Notes: generated by a model from the letters alone, not told the origin. A DNA stretch of 64,000 nt from Patescibacteria group bacterium (GCA_041649475.1 JBAZNA010000001.1:878594-942593); one strand, 5' to 3'. Numbered from the stretch's first letter, positions 22,421 through 32,131 are shown. A program made the numbers and translations.

Positions 22421-22870
22421 CTACTTGCCCTCCCCGAACCGACGCTGGGGCTCGGTCATCTTCCTGGCCTTGCGCCTGGCACATTTGCGGATGCCCGACA
22501 TCAAGTCGCCATAGGCGGCGGCGAACCTCTTGCTGCTGCGCAGGCCGTCTATGATCTTGGCCAGGATCTCGGTTTCCAGTGAGTACTCCTCCCGGTCTAG
22601 GAAAGCGGCCGAATAGGTCTCCACCAACACATCGTGAAAGTCGTCACTGGCATCAGAACCGACCAAGAAGGAACGCAATAGGCTGGTGAACCAGTTGTCG
22701 TAGAACTTCACGAGCAGGATCGGATTACCGCCCAGCCGGTTGTCCACCAGATACTGCCTGGTCTGCCGGAGGGTCATAATCCCCTCCAGGTACATCAGAT
22801 TGATCTCTGACCCTTCCTTGGTGAAAAGGAGGTTGAGAGGTTGGACTCCTTCTCCTGTCTCCTTGGCCAT
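22421..22870 (-). CDS. Hypothetical 149 aa protein encoded by a GC-rich cassette
   Basis: ~58% GC; own promoter (22899-22927), then GGAGG-N6-ATG; no recognisable domain. Confidence 0.5.
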   Translation of the reverse strand: MAKETGEGVQPLNLLFTKEGSEINLMYLEGIMTLRQTRQYLVDNRLGGNPILLVKFYDNWFTSLLRSFLVGSDASDDFHDVLVETYSAAFLDREEYSLETEILAKIIDGLRSSKRFAAAYGDLMSGIRKCARRKARKMTEPQRRFGEGK

Positions 22871-22898
22871 GACAACCCTCCTAAATTGCCAACATGAT

Positions 22899-22927
22899 TA
22901 TTTACCATTATTTTGGGTATTTGTCAA
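22899..22927 (-). promoter_or_regulatory. Cassette promoter TTGACA-17-TAAATA
   Basis: Reverse complement of 22922-22927 is TTGACA; reverse complement of 22899-22904 is TAAATA; spacer is 17 bp. Confidence 0.55.
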
Positions 22928-22932
22928 TAATA

Positions 22933-22994
22933 AAAAGGAGGGACAAAGTTTTGAGCACTAGTGAAGCTTGGCGAAAAACTTTGTCCCTCCTTTT
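22933..22994. terminator. Bidirectional insulating hairpin (20 bp perfect inverted repeat flanked by A/T runs)
   Basis: aaaaggagggacaaagtttt (22933-22952) and aaaactttgtccctcctttt (22975-22994) are exact reverse complements. Confidence 0.6.
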
Positions 22995-23009
22995 TATTTT
23001 GACTGTCTG

Positions 23010-23852
23010 TTAAGCTATTTCCTGCAATTTTTTAAGTTTTATTTCATCCAACCGCTGATAAATTTCCAAAACCCTCACGGTCTGTTTCAATAATGACAGC
23101 TTCCGCTTAAACAGATCAACTTCCTTTTTTTTCATTTCCCATTCTTTATTTATTTCACTTTTAACATTTTCTATGTTAGCGGCCATTTTTTTCCACGCTT
23201 CCTCTCCTTTTATTTCCGCCTCTCTCCCCTTTTTCTTTTTTACTATTTCATCCAACTCTCTATATTCTTTACTGTATTGCTTTTTCACTCTGGTAAAAAT
23301 ATATTCTTTATCCTTAACCTGTTTTTCAAAATGACCGAATTCGGTTTCAAGTTCTGCAACCGCCTTTAAAAAATCCGCATATCTTTCTTCGGCTAAATTT
23401 CTATATCGCCCGCCTTCTCTTTGAAGCTCCAGCAAAGCATTTATTAATTGCGTTCTTTCTTTTTCTTTATTCTGCACCAACTTCGTCATCTCCACGAGAG
23501 ATTCATCTAAAATTGGTTCTGATGAACGTTTTGATGGCATTTTTGAACTTAGCTCTTTGAAAAAAATAAAAACCTCGGCAAACTGCCTATACACCTCAAG
23601 ACGCTTTGATTTAAATTCTTTAAATCCGCCGGCTAATTTTTCATCAGTATCAAAATAAATATCGGCGGGATTTAAACCGCCATCCTGTTGCTCTATATCG
23701 TTTAAAACCTTGCTTAAAGAAATCTCTTCCGGAGATTGGTCTACAAACATCACATCGTACACACCGGATTCTGCGCCGGAAGTGTCCGGTTTTACCGGTA
23801 TTGGTATGCCCCCTGTTTCGTCGTGACCGTCGTGATTTGATTCCCGAAACAT
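23010..23852 (-). CDS. Hypothetical coiled-coil protein
   Basis: 280 aa, Lys/Glu-rich with heptad-like repeats; no recognisable catalytic motif. Confidence 0.45.
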   Translation of the reverse strand: MFRESNHDGHDETGGIPIPVKPDTSGAESGVYDVMFVDQSPEEISLSKVLNDIEQQDGGLNPADIYFDTDEKLAGGFKEFKSKRLEVYRQFAEVFIFFKELSSKMPSKRSSEPILDESLVEMTKLVQNKEKERTQLINALLELQREGGRYRNLAEERYADFLKAVAELETEFGHFEKQVKDKEYIFTRVKKQYSKEYRELDEIVKKKKGREAEIKGEEAWKKMAANIENVKSEINKEWEMKKKEVDLFKRKLSLLKQTVRVLEIYQRLDEIKLKKLQEIA

Positions 23853-23862
23853 ATTAAATATA

Positions 23863-25884
23863 TTAAAGATCCTCTACACTACGCAAAAAACTACCTGGCT
23901 TTATTCTAAACGGTTTATCGTCTTCTGTAAAGTAGTGTACATCCTCGCTGTCATCATTTAAAACCGTGCTGCTATCCGACAATAACGAATGATCTTCCAA
24001 GAGGTCGGCGCTTATTTCAGATAAAAACAAGCTGGGCGAAGAAGAAGAGTCGCCCCAGCCCCCGCCGGCCATCGGATAGGTTAAAAATAAATGTTTCTTG
24101 GCGCGGGTGATGGCCACATAGAACAATCTCCGTTCTTCTTCAAGCCCACCGGCTTCTCTAAGCGCCCGGTCATTGGGAAACGCGCCGCCCGACAAATTAA
24201 TCAGAAATACCTCTGCCCATTCCAGGCCTTTGGCCTGATGAATTGTGGAAAGAACTATTTTGTCCTGGTTTTTGGAAAACTTTCCCAGCGCGTTTTTATT
24301 AAAACCTTCCTGTAAACTTGACTCGGCCAAAAATTCTTCCAAGTCCTTATATTTATTCGCAAAAATTTTTAACTGTTCTATATCTTCTATTCTGTCTTTA
24401 CTGTCAATATATTCCGCTTCCAAATAATCTTTATACGGAGAAGACATTATTGTTTCAATAAGTTTGACCGGATGTTTGGGAGTTTCCAACATCGCCTCCC
24501 AAATTCTCGTAAAATTATACCAACCCTGTTTGGCGCGTTCGCCTAAAATTTCTGACCCGATATTTTTAATCTCATCAACATCGGCTATCTTCTTTATATA
24601 TTCAACCAATTTGGCTGTGGCTGACGGGCCGATTCCCTCCTCTTTCATCAAAATTCTCATCCAAGCCGCGGTGTCGGCCAAATTATTCATGACTCGCAAA
24701 TACGCCAAAACGTCTTTTATATGCGCGCGTTCAAAAAATCTCAAACCGCCGCGGTAGTCATATGGGATGCCGGCTTTGACCAGTTCCATTTCCAGCATTT
24801 GCGAGTGATGAGCGGCGCGAAACAGCACGGCGATTTCTTTTTCCGGCAGGCCTTGGTCAATGGATTCAGAAATTTTTTGCACAATAAACTGCGCCTCGCT
24901 CTCTGCATCCATTTGCGGATGAAGCGCGGGCTTCAAGCCCGATTGCGACAAGGTTTTTAATTTCTTTTTATACTGTCTTAAATTATTAGCAATCACGCCG
25001 TTGGCCAGATCCAAAATCTCCTGGCTGGAGCGGTAATTGGTTTCCAACTTAAAAATTTTCGCGTTCGGGTAATCCTTTTCAAACTGCAAAATATTTTGAA
25101 TGTCGGCAGCCCGGAAAGAATAAATGCTTTGGGCGTCATCACCCACCACTAAAATATTTTTATGAACTCCGGCTAATTTTTTTATGATTTCGGCCTGAAT
25201 TTTGTTTGTATCCTGATATTCATCAACCAAAATATATTTAAACTGCCCGGCATATTTTTGCCAAACACGTTCAGAATTAAGCAAAAGTAAAAAATTTGTC
25301 AGTAAATCATCAAAATCCATGGCATTCGCCTCTTTTTTCTTTTTATAATAATCACCGGCAATATTTTTTATGACATCCGTGTATGGAAACCATTGTTCAT
25401 AACGCAAACCAATAACTTCCTCAATATTTTTTTCGCAATTGCGGGCGTAACTGATTATTGAACCGATTATTTTGGCTGACGGAAATTTGGTATTTTCGGT
25501 CTTGAGCGGTTTGGCACATAATTTGATTAAGGACTCGCTGTCGTCACTATCCAAAACCGTAAAATTTTCTTTGTAACCCAAAAGCGGCGCGTAGATGCGT
25601 AAAATTTTATAAGCAATATGATGAAAAGTTCCGGACCAGGGCAATTTCTGATCGCTACCGGTGAGTTTTTGCACCCGAGACGACATCTCGTCGGCCGCTT
25701 TGTTGGTAAAAGTCACCAGTAAAATATTTTCCGGACTGACGCCGTTTGCTAATAAATACGCCACGCGATAAGTAATCACGCGCGTCTTGCCACTGCCTGC
25801 TCCGGCTAAAACTAAACACGGGCCGTCGCCGCCATAGACAACAGCCAATTGTTCCTGGTTGAGCTCCGAAGAGAAGTCAATCAT
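23863..25884 (-). CDS. UvrD/PcrA/Rep-family ATP-dependent DNA helicase
   Basis: 673 aa; Walker A AGAGSGKTRVITYR; DEYQDTN motif (helicase motif II). Confidence 0.9.
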   Translation of the reverse strand: MIDFSSELNQEQLAVVYGGDGPCLVLAGAGSGKTRVITYRVAYLLANGVSPENILLVTFTNKAADEMSSRVQKLTGSDQKLPWSGTFHHIAYKILRIYAPLLGYKENFTVLDSDDSESLIKLCAKPLKTENTKFPSAKIIGSIISYARNCEKNIEEVIGLRYEQWFPYTDVIKNIAGDYYKKKKEANAMDFDDLLTNFLLLLNSERVWQKYAGQFKYILVDEYQDTNKIQAEIIKKLAGVHKNILVVGDDAQSIYSFRAADIQNILQFEKDYPNAKIFKLETNYRSSQEILDLANGVIANNLRQYKKKLKTLSQSGLKPALHPQMDAESEAQFIVQKISESIDQGLPEKEIAVLFRAAHHSQMLEMELVKAGIPYDYRGGLRFFERAHIKDVLAYLRVMNNLADTAAWMRILMKEEGIGPSATAKLVEYIKKIADVDEIKNIGSEILGERAKQGWYNFTRIWEAMLETPKHPVKLIETIMSSPYKDYLEAEYIDSKDRIEDIEQLKIFANKYKDLEEFLAESSLQEGFNKNALGKFSKNQDKIVLSTIHQAKGLEWAEVFLINLSGGAFPNDRALREAGGLEEERRLFYVAITRAKKHLFLTYPMAGGGWGDSSSSPSLFLSEISADLLEDHSLLSDSSTVLNDDSEDVHYFTEDDKPFRIKPGSFLRSVEDL

Positions 25885-26411
25885 AAGTTGCCGACTTTGG
25901 TTTTTGCTTTGCCGATCATCTTGTCGTCAAGTTTGTTTGATATTTCTTCCAAAGTCCCGTCTAATTTCATCTGAAACTTTCCTCTATTGGCCTTGGTTTC
26001 AATCCTTGGTCTGACATACATGGTATACTTGTGAGGTTTTCTTGTTTCATTTGGCGTCTGATCAACCAAGTCAGCTTCAAAATCTTTCCCATAAATATTT
26101 GTAATAGCAGTACGTATAAGATTTCTATACGCGGTCGTACCCATTTTTTCCTGCCCTTGAGTTTGTTTGTGTTGGTCGCCTTTGGCAATATCAATCCGAA
26201 TACCGGCGATAGGCGCCCGCCCTTTTTCAGTAACACGCGCGTATTTCACACCATCTTCTTCAAAAATCTCCACATAACCAAGACGAACTTTTTCCCAGCC
26301 ATCACTGTTGTATTCATCTGCCAGAGTACCAACATGCGGGATGTCTTCATCAAGCCGGTATTTATCCTTATAAGTTCCTTTGTATTCAGTTCTTTTAATT
26401 TCTCTTACCAT
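25881..26411 (-). CDS. Hypothetical protein, translationally coupled to the helicase
   Basis: 176 aa; 4 nt ATGA-type overlap with the helicase start. Confidence 0.45.
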   Translation of the reverse strand: MVREIKRTEYKGTYKDKYRLDEDIPHVGTLADEYNSDGWEKVRLGYVEIFEEDGVKYARVTEKGRAPIAGIRIDIAKGDQHKQTQGQEKMGTTAYRNLIRTAITNIYGKDFEADLVDQTPNETRKPHKYTMYVRPRIETKANRGKFQMKLDGTLEEISNKLDDKMIGKAKTKVGNL

Positions 26412-26493
26412 AGTAATTATTTTATGCGTTAAGTTCCCGTATCATAGCAAATCTTGATTTCTCGGTCAAAGAATGTTAAGATGGCTGTTAACT

Positions 26494-27633
26494 ATGTTTT
26501 TTGAACTAACCCACAAAGACAAAAACTGCTATGCCCGGACTGGCGTAATCCACACTGACCATGGGGATATTGCCACCCCTATTTTTATGCCTGTCGGCAC
26601 GCAAGCCAGTGTGAAAACTTTGGACTGCGATGATTTAAAAAACATCAACGCGCAAATTATTTTGGGCAATACTTATCATCTGCATTTACGGCCCGGCGAA
26701 GACACAATTGACCAAATCGGCGGTCTGCATAAATTTATGAACTGGGACAGGCCGATTCTGACCGACTCCGGCGGCTTTCAGGTGTTTAGTTTGGGCGCGC
26801 AAAAAGAAGCCAACTTGGTTTCCATTGACGAAGACGGCGCGACTTTCAAATCACACCTTGACGGCAGTACCCATCGGTTCACTCCGGAGTCCGCAATCCA
26901 AATTCAGCACAAACTCGGCGCTGATATTATTATGGCTTTTGATGAATGCACCCCGGATAATATAGAAGAAAAATATGTCCGCGAGGCCATGACCCGCACC
27001 CATAATTGGGCAAAGCGCTCTTTGGCCGAACATCAAAAAGAAACCAACCGACATGATTACAAACAATTTTTATTTGGTATTATTCAGGGTTCAAATTTCA
27101 AAAATTTAAGGGAGGATTCGGCCCGATTTATTTCTGCGCTTGATTTTGACGGCATTGCCATTGGCGGCGAATCAATCGGCTATAACATGGAAGCGACCAA
27201 AGAAATTTTAGATTGGGTTTATCCGATTATTCCGGAAAATAAACCGCACTATGCCATGGGCGTGGGCTTGTCTCCTCTTGATATGCTGGTTGCGGTTAGC
27301 CATGGCGTTGATATGTTTGATTGCGTGGCGCCAACCCGGCTGGCCCGGCACGGCATGCTGTTTACCCATGAAAAAAATTCGGAAAAATATAGAATTAACA
27401 TTACCAACGCGCAATTCGCGCTTGATCTTGGTCCGATTGACAAAAACTGCGGCTGCCATACCTGCCAAAATTATTCCCGCGCTTACCTTCATCATCTTTT
27501 TAACGCGCAAGAAATTACCGGCATGCGTTTAGCCACCATTCACAATTTATATTTCATGCTGAACCTGATGAAACAGGCGCGCGAAGCGATTAAAGAAGAT
27601 AAGTTTGAAGAACTGTTACAAAAGTGGATTTAG
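26494..27633 (+). CDS. tgt: Queuine tRNA-ribosyltransferase
   Basis: PIFMPVGT, LGNTYHL, DSGGFQV and the Zn site CxCxxC...H (CGCHTC). Confidence 0.9.
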   Translation: MFFELTHKDKNCYARTGVIHTDHGDIATPIFMPVGTQASVKTLDCDDLKNINAQIILGNTYHLHLRPGEDTIDQIGGLHKFMNWDRPILTDSGGFQVFSLGAQKEANLVSIDEDGATFKSHLDGSTHRFTPESAIQIQHKLGADIIMAFDECTPDNIEEKYVREAMTRTHNWAKRSLAEHQKETNRHDYKQFLFGIIQGSNFKNLREDSARFISALDFDGIAIGGESIGYNMEATKEILDWVYPIIPENKPHYAMGVGLSPLDMLVAVSHGVDMFDCVAPTRLARHGMLFTHEKNSEKYRINITNAQFALDLGPIDKNCGCHTCQNYSRAYLHHLFNAQEITGMRLATIHNLYFMLNLMKQAREAIKEDKFEELLQKWI

Positions 27634-27703
27634 TTTTTTCTTCGCTTGTGATGATGTTTAGCGGATGGCCCTGGTTTATATAATTTCGGTTTTTTAATTT
27701 TTT

Positions 27704-28012
27704 CTATTCATGTTCTTCGCTTTCTTCCTCATCTTCATGCAATTCCACTTTTTCACCTCTTAGATCACTTAATAATGCCTTCAAATCTTGCACGTCTAAG
27801 GATTCACCCAACTCTTCGGATATTTCATCCTGAAATATTTCCGCCTGTTTCATATCTTTGGCCGCTTCCCATTTAAGCAATGATTCTCTGATAATGGCAG
27901 TTTTTTCCGGTCCCCAATCCTGACTTAACCATTTTGTGCTAAACTTTTTTGATTCCGGATAATCACTGCTCCCCTTATAATAATCAGGGGGCACGAAGGT
28001 TCTTTCTGGCAT
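27704..28012 (-). CDS. Hypothetical acidic protein
   Basis: 102 aa; poly-Glu C-terminus; no motif. Confidence 0.35.
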   Translation of the reverse strand: MPERTFVPPDYYKGSSDYPESKKFSTKWLSQDWGPEKTAIIRESLLKWEAAKDMKQAEIFQDEISEELGESLDVQDLKALLSDLRGEKVELHEDEEESEEHE

Positions 28013-28094
28013 ATATTTTTATTAAAAATTAATTAAAATTTGATTATACCTATTCTATCTCATCCACATATGCACAGTCAACATCAAAATTTTA

Positions 28095-28123
28095 TTGACA
28101 CGCAACTCGCTATTGCCTACAAT
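28095..28123 (+). promoter_or_regulatory. Cassette promoter TTGACA-17-TACAAT
   Basis: 28095-28100 is TTGACA; 28118-28123 is TACAAT; spacer exactly 17 bp; ~55 nt upstream of the GC-rich prs-like ATG. Confidence 0.6.
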
Positions 28124-28180
28124 GCAGACAAAGTTCGCACCTTTAACAACGCATTTCGCGAAAGCGGAAAGGATATACGG

Positions 28181-29392
28181 ATGTCAGACAACCTTGAGAA
28201 GGTTCTGGGTTCCACTATTCCCTCCTTCATCAGCCGACTGATGCAAGATGCGGCTACATACGTCGCAGAAAAAGTTGGTACTACGACGGTACAGATGCCA
28301 ACGTTTTTCGTGGAGCTGGCCGACACTCTCAAACGGCTGGCCGAACAAGCCAGACATAACCGCAACGGCGGGCTGACCCTGGTGCCCATGCCGGGATTCG
28401 TGGAACTGGCCAGCACCACCAAGAAGCTCATCGAAGAGCACGAGAAAGACACGCCGGTGGACATCGTCGTGCCCGAATTCAACACCCGCAGCAACAAGGA
28501 GCCGGTCGTGCGCCTGAGCAAGGACCACATCGGCGGCCACGACTGCGTCATCCTCACCAGCGGACCTGGCACCTACGAGATGCTCACCCAACTCCAGTTG
28601 GCTCTGGGTTATCTGGTCGGCCGCCGGGCCGCCAGAATCTCAATCGTAACCGGCTATCTGCCCCTAGGCAGATCAGACAAGGACGAGGGGGCGCTTGAAT
28701 TCGCTCTTGCTTCCCACATCGTTCACATGATCGTCTCCGCCTCCTACGGCCATCTGGATCGTATCATCGCTCCGGACCTGCACGCACCCCAGGTGGTCAT
28801 GGCAGCGCAGGTCGGTCTCATCACCGAGGTAACGCTCGCCCGTCGCGTGCTCACAAGGGCGGTCTCGGATGCGCTTGAGAAGTTCAAACGCATCTGCCTG
28901 GTTCTCCCTGACGATGGCGCCTACAAGAAGTTCATGCGCGTCATTGCCGAAGTCGAGAAGAATCTCAACATCAAGCTGCCGGTGGTCTGCGGCCAAAAAC
29001 GCCGCAACAGCGACACCCATTCTGAACTCCTCGGCTTGGCCGGTGACACGAGCGCCTTGAAGGACGCGCTGGCTATTGGCTTTGACGACGAGATCGCCAC
29101 CGGCATCACCACTGTGCACACCGCCGAGGCAGTGCTCCGGCAGTATGACGCAGCCGACTACTGGGCGGCGGCGATCCACGGCGTGCTCTGTGGCGATGCT
29201 CCCAAGATCCTCTCTTCTGAACTCTGCCCGATCACGCGGGTATTTATTACCGACTCCATCCCGCCCAACGGCCGTATTGAGCTGGATCCGCTGCGCGCCA
29301 GCGACCGCCTGAAGGTGGTTTCCTGGGACGAAGATCTGGCTCACCTCATCTACTATCACCACTGGGACAAGTCCATCCGCGAAATGCGCTAG
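28181..29392 (+). CDS. Ribose-phosphate pyrophosphokinase (Prs/PRPP synthetase) homologue with a ~150 aa N-terminal extension, GC-rich cassette
   Basis: IVTGYLPLGRSDKDE aligns with the Prs PYFGYARQDR region; APDLHAPQV with DLHA; FDDEIATGIT with the PRPP-binding DD.DTG; ~58% GC against ~38% flanks. Confidence 0.65.
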   Translation: MSDNLEKVLGSTIPSFISRLMQDAATYVAEKVGTTTVQMPTFFVELADTLKRLAEQARHNRNGGLTLVPMPGFVELASTTKKLIEEHEKDTPVDIVVPEFNTRSNKEPVVRLSKDHIGGHDCVILTSGPGTYEMLTQLQLALGYLVGRRAARISIVTGYLPLGRSDKDEGALEFALASHIVHMIVSASYGHLDRIIAPDLHAPQVVMAAQVGLITEVTLARRVLTRAVSDALEKFKRICLVLPDDGAYKKFMRVIAEVEKNLNIKLPVVCGQKRRNSDTHSELLGLAGDTSALKDALAIGFDDEIATGITTVHTAEAVLRQYDAADYWAAAIHGVLCGDAPKILSSELCPITRVFITDSIPPNGRIELDPLRASDRLKVVSWDEDLAHLIYYHHWDKSIREMR

Positions 29393-29439
29393 CCCTCCGT
29401 AGAAGCCGGCCCAACGGCCATGCTTCTCCCACCCCTCCA

Positions 29440-29470
29440 CAACCCGCACCCGCGGGTTGTCTTCATTTTG
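29440..29470 (+). terminator. Intrinsic terminator CAACCCGC-ACCC-GCGGGUUG plus a U-rich tail
   Basis: 8 bp perfect stem immediately after the prs-like stop. Confidence 0.55.
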
Positions 29471-29520
29471 AGCGCTTGTTAAGCACTTGCCGTTTTGCCG
29501 AAAAAAAGCTATCATATTCC

Positions 29521-29620
29521 CATATATACTCACTCATTTCGCTTATATAAACATATAAGCTCATTCGCTCAAAAATGAAATTATAAATAATTTCATTTTG
29601 TTCACTCATTTCGCTTATGA
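29521..29620 (+). repeat. Copy (a) of the A'-B-hairpin-A leader module; motif A ends in the ATG of the downstream ORF
   Basis: actcactcatttcgcttat (29528-29546), catataagctcattcgctc, 12 bp perfect inverted repeat 29572-29583 / 29588-29599, then ttcactcatttcgcttATG. Confidence 0.6.
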
Positions 29621-30078
29621 AAAGAGGAAAACCAACCCCAGAGGAAATGGCTGAAATAGCTTTTGACCGGACCGCACCCAGCCGTGCAAAGACAGGAGAC
29701 ATAACTTTGCCCAGATCAATTGCTGAACTGAGGTCAAAAATGTCTGTTCCCAAATCCGTATCCGGATCCGAATCCGAAGAAGTCCCTACCATATCCGCAA
29801 TAGCGGCTTGGGATGACTTCAGATTAGAACTGGAAAAAACCGGAAAACTGGAATCAGCAATTAAAACAATGCAAGATTACATAAACGAGATTAGAAATGA
29901 AATTGATAAAAGAAATCTGCTAATGCATTCAGACGCAATGAAACAACCCGGGAGTATGGAATACAACGGGGTAATAAGAAAAATACAAAAATTAACCAAC
30001 CCATCTATCGCCAAAAAATTTTTAAAAATTTATAAAAGAATAATAGAACAAAGAATTCATGAGTTAGAGAGCAGATAA
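29617..30078 (+). CDS. Hypothetical protein (first gene of the trpS operon)
   Basis: 153 aa; its start codon is embedded in motif A; trpS follows 14 nt later. Confidence 0.45.
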   Translation: MKRGKPTPEEMAEIAFDRTAPSRAKTGDITLPRSIAELRSKMSVPKSVSGSESEEVPTISAIAAWDDFRLELEKTGKLESAIKTMQDYINEIRNEIDKRNLLMHSDAMKQPGSMEYNGVIRKIQKLTNPSIAKKFLKIYKRIIEQRIHELESR

Positions 30079-30092
30079 TTATTATAAAAAAT

Positions 30093-31064
30093 ATGAAACG
30101 CATTTTTTCCGGAGTTCAACCGACAAACAACATTCATATCGGCAATTATCTGGGGGCGATAAAAAATTGGGTTGAACTGCAAGACAAATATGAATGTTTT
30201 TTTTGTATTGTTGATCTGCACGCTATTACCGTGGCGCAAAAACCGGAAATTTTGAAAAAAAATATTTTGGATGTCGCCAAAACCTATCTGGCGCTTGGCA
30301 TTGACCCGAAAAAATCCACGATTTTTGTCCAATCCGCCGTTAAGGAGCACACTGAACTGGCCTGGATTTTAAACACCATCACCAAAACCGCCGAACTGGA
30401 GAGGATGACCCAATTCAAAGACAAATCAAAACAACATAAAGAAAACATAAACATGGGCCTGTTTGATTATCCGGTCTTAATGGCCGCGGATATTTTGCTT
30501 TACGACACCGATTTAGTGCCGGTCGGAGACGACCAAGCACAACATGTAGAGCTGACCAGAACCTTGGGCAACAGATTTAATCATCTTTATGGTGAGACCT
30601 TCAAAATTCCGGAAGCCCTGATAAAAAAAGAAGGCGCCAGAATCATGGGCCTTGATGACCCATCCAAAAAAATGAGTAAAAGCGCAATCAGCCCGGCCAA
30701 CTATATTGCTTTGCTTGACTTACCGGAGGTGGCAACCAAAAAAATTATGCGGGCAGTCACCGATTCCGGTTCGGAAATAAAATCAGGCGCGGACAAGCCG
30801 GCGCTCTCCAATCTTCTTTCTGTTTATTCCATGTTTTCCGGCAAACCAATAAAAGAAATAGAAAAAAAATATATTGGCAAGGGTTACGCTGATTTTAAAA
30901 CAGGCCTGGCCGAAGTGGTGGCAAAATTTTTAAAAGATTTTCAGAATAAATTTAACAAAATCAAGGACAGCGAAGTTGAAAGTATTTTAAACAGCGGCGC
31001 CAAGGCGGCGGAAAAAATCGCGATTAAAAAAATAAATACAATTAAAGATAAAATCGGCCTATAA
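30093..31064 (+). CDS. trpS: Tryptophanyl-tRNA synthetase
   Basis: 323 aa; class I HIGN (TNNIHIGNYLGA) and KMSKS motifs. Confidence 0.9.
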   Translation: MKRIFSGVQPTNNIHIGNYLGAIKNWVELQDKYECFFCIVDLHAITVAQKPEILKKNILDVAKTYLALGIDPKKSTIFVQSAVKEHTELAWILNTITKTAELERMTQFKDKSKQHKENINMGLFDYPVLMAADILLYDTDLVPVGDDQAQHVELTRTLGNRFNHLYGETFKIPEALIKKEGARIMGLDDPSKKMSKSAISPANYIALLDLPEVATKKIMRAVTDSGSEIKSGADKPALSNLLSVYSMFSGKPIKEIEKKYIGKGYADFKTGLAEVVAKFLKDFQNKFNKIKDSEVESILNSGAKAAEKIAIKKINTIKDKIGL

Positions 31065-31066
31065 AT

Positions 31067-31516
31067 ATGGATGATTTTGACTTCAAAAAGAAAAAAACTT
31101 TAACATCTCTGCATGGAATATTTGTTGAACGGTGCACCAAAAAATTTAGGTTCTCCACGGCCGACTATGATAAATTGCGGGAAATATCGGCAAAACCTTT
31201 TCCGTCCGACTCCGTCATCCACACCGAACAAGCTATCAGAAAAATATACGCTGAAGCAATTGCAAAAACATTCAACTGTTCCGATGTGCGGGCCAGGGAG
31301 CTAGTTAATGCCGCGGAACTTATACATAAGGAAACAATTTTTATCAACAATCTTTCCAAACGGACAAACAGAGAAACCATCAGTCCGGCAATCGGCGACT
31401 ATGAGGACTTTATGATGGAACACGGACTAACAGGAAACCCGGAATCTGAAACCAAAACAGGAGATCCGGAAAAAAATAATGTAGTTCCTCTTTTCCCGGA
31501 AAGCAATAAGAAATAA
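31067..31516 (+). CDS. Hypothetical protein
   Basis: 149 aa; no motif; tightly packed after trpS. Confidence 0.4.
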   Translation: MDDFDFKKKKTLTSLHGIFVERCTKKFRFSTADYDKLREISAKPFPSDSVIHTEQAIRKIYAEAIAKTFNCSDVRARELVNAAELIHKETIFINNLSKRTNRETISPAIGDYEDFMMEHGLTGNPESETKTGDPEKNNVVPLFPESNKK

Positions 31517-31517
31517 T

Positions 31518-32102
31518 ATGGATAACTTCGCGGAAACAAAATTGGGGACTATCATTGGCAATATTGAGCCAAAAGACGTTCAGTTGGTGTCCAGATATAT
31601 TTCAGCAAACCTTAATTCAAAATTCGTAAAAGATTTTTGTATCAAATATAATTTAAATAAAGATCAATATAATGGCTTATTTCCTATAGCCCTCAATTAC
31701 GACAAAAGAACACCCCAAAAAACTGAAGAGATGATTAATGAGGAACTGAAGAATATGACGATGAACAGAGAAATGGTCGGGGAGTGCCTCCCATATCTAG
31801 CTGAAGAAATTAGAAAAAATAAACTGGTGGAAACTGCAAAAGACGCAGAAACACTTACCCGAGCTCTAATTACATATTTTGAATTTTATAAGCACACTAT
31901 CGGGTCAGTGGAGGGTTTAGACATCTATGTGATTGAATCGGAAAAAGAGTACTCAAAAGGGCCAACCGAAAGAGATTTATTTACAGAAATGGACGCCGAA
32001 AATCATAAAGCCAAACAAGAAAAACCCGAACCCACCAAACCAGAACCCGAAAAAGAGATGGCCAAAGTTTTTGATATTAAAACCGGTAAAAGATTACAAT
32101 AA
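31518..32102 (+). CDS. Hypothetical protein
   Basis: 194 aa; 1 nt gap to the previous gene. Confidence 0.4.
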   Translation: MDNFAETKLGTIIGNIEPKDVQLVSRYISANLNSKFVKDFCIKYNLNKDQYNGLFPIALNYDKRTPQKTEEMINEELKNMTMNREMVGECLPYLAEEIRKNKLVETAKDAETLTRALITYFEFYKHTIGSVEGLDIYVIESEKEYSKGPTERDLFTEMDAENHKAKQEKPEPTKPEPEKEMAKVFDIKTGKRLQ

Positions 32103-32131
32103 AAAAATTTAATAATTTTTAAATACAAACT

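Noticed and set aside
28673-29533. 286 aa minus-strand ORF, plus several 60-150 aa ORFs, antisense to the prs-like gene
   Set aside because: Typical spurious long antisense frames in GC-rich DNA. The plus-strand frame has clear Prs homology, a promoter, an RBS and a terminator.
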